Positions 62,880 through 64,000 of a DNA stretch of 64,000 nt are shown here, piece after piece; position 1 is the first letter of the stretch; every line of letters begins with the position of its first letter. The position numbers were made by a program, and so were the translations under genes. The notes beneath the pieces are model-generated. The model searched no databases. It saw only the letters and a list, made by a program, of their open reading frames with translations, and was not told the origin of the DNA. This DNA comes from Bifidobacteriaceae bacterium (GTDB taxonomy: Bacteria; Actinomycetota; Actinomycetes; Actinomycetales; WQXJ01). The DNA lies in NCBI GenBank assembly GCA_031272885.1, contig JAISSX010000008.1:782-64781 (forward strand), read 5' to 3'.

Positions 62880-64000
62880 CTACCAGGGTTGTTGGCCGAT
62901 CTGGGTGGCGTTGTAGAACGTGCCCGAGCCCTTACCGCGGTAGTAGAACAGGTCGCCGTTGGCGTCGTTTCGGCCCACGATGTCGGCCGGTCCGTCGCCG
63001 TTGAGGTCGGCCCCGCCGGCCAAGGTTCGGCCCAACCAGCCCCAGCCAACCTGGCGGGCAGGCGTGAAGGTGCCGTTGCCGCGGCCCGAATAGGCCCACA
63101 GAGTCCCGTCCGGCAGCAGACCCAGGATGTCGTTCTTGCCGTCCCGGTCCAGGTCACCGGCGGCGAACAGTTGCAGGCCGACCCAACCCTGGCCCACCTG
63201 CGTCGGCGTGCGGGTAAAGAAGCCGTTGCCGGTTCCCTTGTAGAGCCACAGCTTCCCGGCTTGGTCGATCGCCAGCAGGTCTGGCGCACCATCGCCCGTC
63301 AGGTCACCCGAGGGTATGATGCGGAAGCCGCCCCACCCGTGGCCGATCTCGACTGGGGCTGAGACCGAGCCCGTGCCGTTGCCCCGATACAGCCACATCT
63401 TCCCATTCGGCGTGACGACGATGACGTCCGTGTAGCCGTCCCGGTCCCAGTCGCCCGGGCCGTAGGCCTGGGCGCCCTGCAGCCCGCCCGCCACCAGCGT
63501 CACCGGCTGTGTCACTTGGCCGGTGGCCGACGAATCGAAGCGGTACAGCGCGCCATCGGCGGCCTTGATGGCCAGGATCTCGCCGTAGCCGTCTCGGTCC
63601 AGGTCAGGCGACAGGGTGAAGGCCGAATAGACCGGTTGGTACACCACCGGTTTCGGCGTAGGTGTGGGCGTGGGCGTAGGTGTGGGCGTGGGCGTGGGCG
63701 TTGGAGTGGGGGTTGGCGTCGGTTTCGCCTGAATCACCGTTGGGTTGGTGCCGAAAGTGCTGGCGTTCTCGTAGGCCGGGGCGGTGGCCTTGACCCGTAC
63801 GGTGACGGTCTTGCCGGCGTCCCCGGCCTGGGCCACATAGGTGTTGCTGGCGCTGTAGGACTGCCTGACGGCTCCGCCCACCTCCCACTGATAGGTGAAC
63901 GAGGCGTTGCTTGGCACCCAACCGGCGCCGACCGCAGCCGTGAGAGTCTGGCCCACCTGGAAGGTGCCGGTGATGGTCACGGTGCTTGGCGTCATCAGGG
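62880..64000 (-). CDS. FG-GAP/VCBS-repeat surface protein with Ig-like domain and (TP)n linker; N-terminus beyond the window edge
   Basis: The reading frame is open to the window end. Ig-like unit: GQTLTAAVGAGWVPSNASFTYQWEVGG...GKTVTVRVKA. Linker (TP)11. Five FG-GAP repeats about 55-60% identical (by eye) to the tail of the S8 peptidase. Both proteins end in W-stop. Confidence 0.8.
   Translation of the reverse strand, partial: LMTPSTVTITGTFQVGQTLTAAVGAGWVPSNASFTYQWEVGGAVRQSYSASNTYVAQAGDAGKTVTVRVKATAPAYENASTFGTNPTVIQAKPTPTPTPTPTPTPTPTPTPTPTPKPVVYQPVYSAFTLSPDLDRDGYGEILAIKAADGALYRFDSSATGQVTQPVTLVAGGLQGAQAYGPGDWDRDGYTDVIVVTPNGKMWLYRGNGTGSVSAPVEIGHGWGGFRIIPSGDLTGDGAPDLLAIDQAGKLWLYKGTGNGFFTRTPTQVGQGWVGLQLFAAGDLDRDGKNDILGLLPDGTLWAYSGRGNGTFTPARQVGWGWLGRTLAGGADLNGDGPADIVGRNDANGDLFYYRGKGSGTFYNATQIGQQPW
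63655..63722. repeat. 6-bp microsatellite-like repeat encoding (Thr-Pro)n
   Basis: GGCGTR/GGTGTG hexamers reiterated about 11 times inside the FG-GAP gene. Confidence 0.8.

Overview
High-GC (about 70%) actinobacterial chromosomal segment. It is gene-dense, with about 42 protein-coding genes, one initiator tRNA-Met, no rRNA, no CRISPR array, and no transposase or integrase. All family names come from motif recognition by eye, because no database search was possible.

Content from left to right:
- 1-7951: a minus-strand operon under a divergent DeoR regulator. It encodes a CUT1-type sugar ABC importer, a cyclase-family hydrolase, a PdxA-family dehydrogenase and a DUF1537 acid-sugar kinase.
- 8140-14196: a 2018-aa LPXTG-anchored surface protein.
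- 14277-20803: truA, followed by the conserved actinobacterial trio of a DUF2342-type metalloprotease, a PDZ/Lon-like protease and a UPF0182 membrane protein.
- 21016-26180: tRNA-fMet, an S/P/K-rich lipoprotein, an Acg-like nitroreductase, an HNH endonuclease, YihY/BrkB and SstT.
- 26425-31035: a 1538-aa beta-helix/CnaB/MBG surface protein.
- 31093-36189: nadE, a GH51 arabinofuranosidase and a MATE pump.
- 36416-40489: a tightly coupled operon of NCS1 permease, isochorismatase-like hydrolase, ADP-ribosylglycohydrolase-family protein and PfkB kinase.
- 40718-45831: a divergent locus. One arm is APH-like kinase, ThuA and MDR dehydrogenase. The other arm is an AGXT2L-like class-III PLP enzyme and a HAD phosphatase.
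- 45868-48679: a secreted S8 peptidase with an FG-GAP tail, followed by an orphan CHAP domain.
- 48722-62660: a cell-envelope glycosylation region. It holds two paralogous polytopic membrane modules (one fused to a YfhO-like GT-C module), a GtrB-like GT2, ppm1, manA, whiB, a 1079-aa membrane GT2 and a DUF5719-like protein.
- 62880-64000: a second, edge-truncated FG-GAP protein.

Most noteworthy non-genic signal: a dispersed family of composite palindromic intergenic repeats at five loci. It has CTCRCGARAG ends and a GTTACAGGGGACGGTTCCRTGTAAC core. One pair brackets the nitroreductase gene exactly 1300 bp apart.

No single locus can be shown from sequence alone to be a novel system. The best candidates are the glycosylation locus, the repeat family, and three uncharacterised small-molecule operons.
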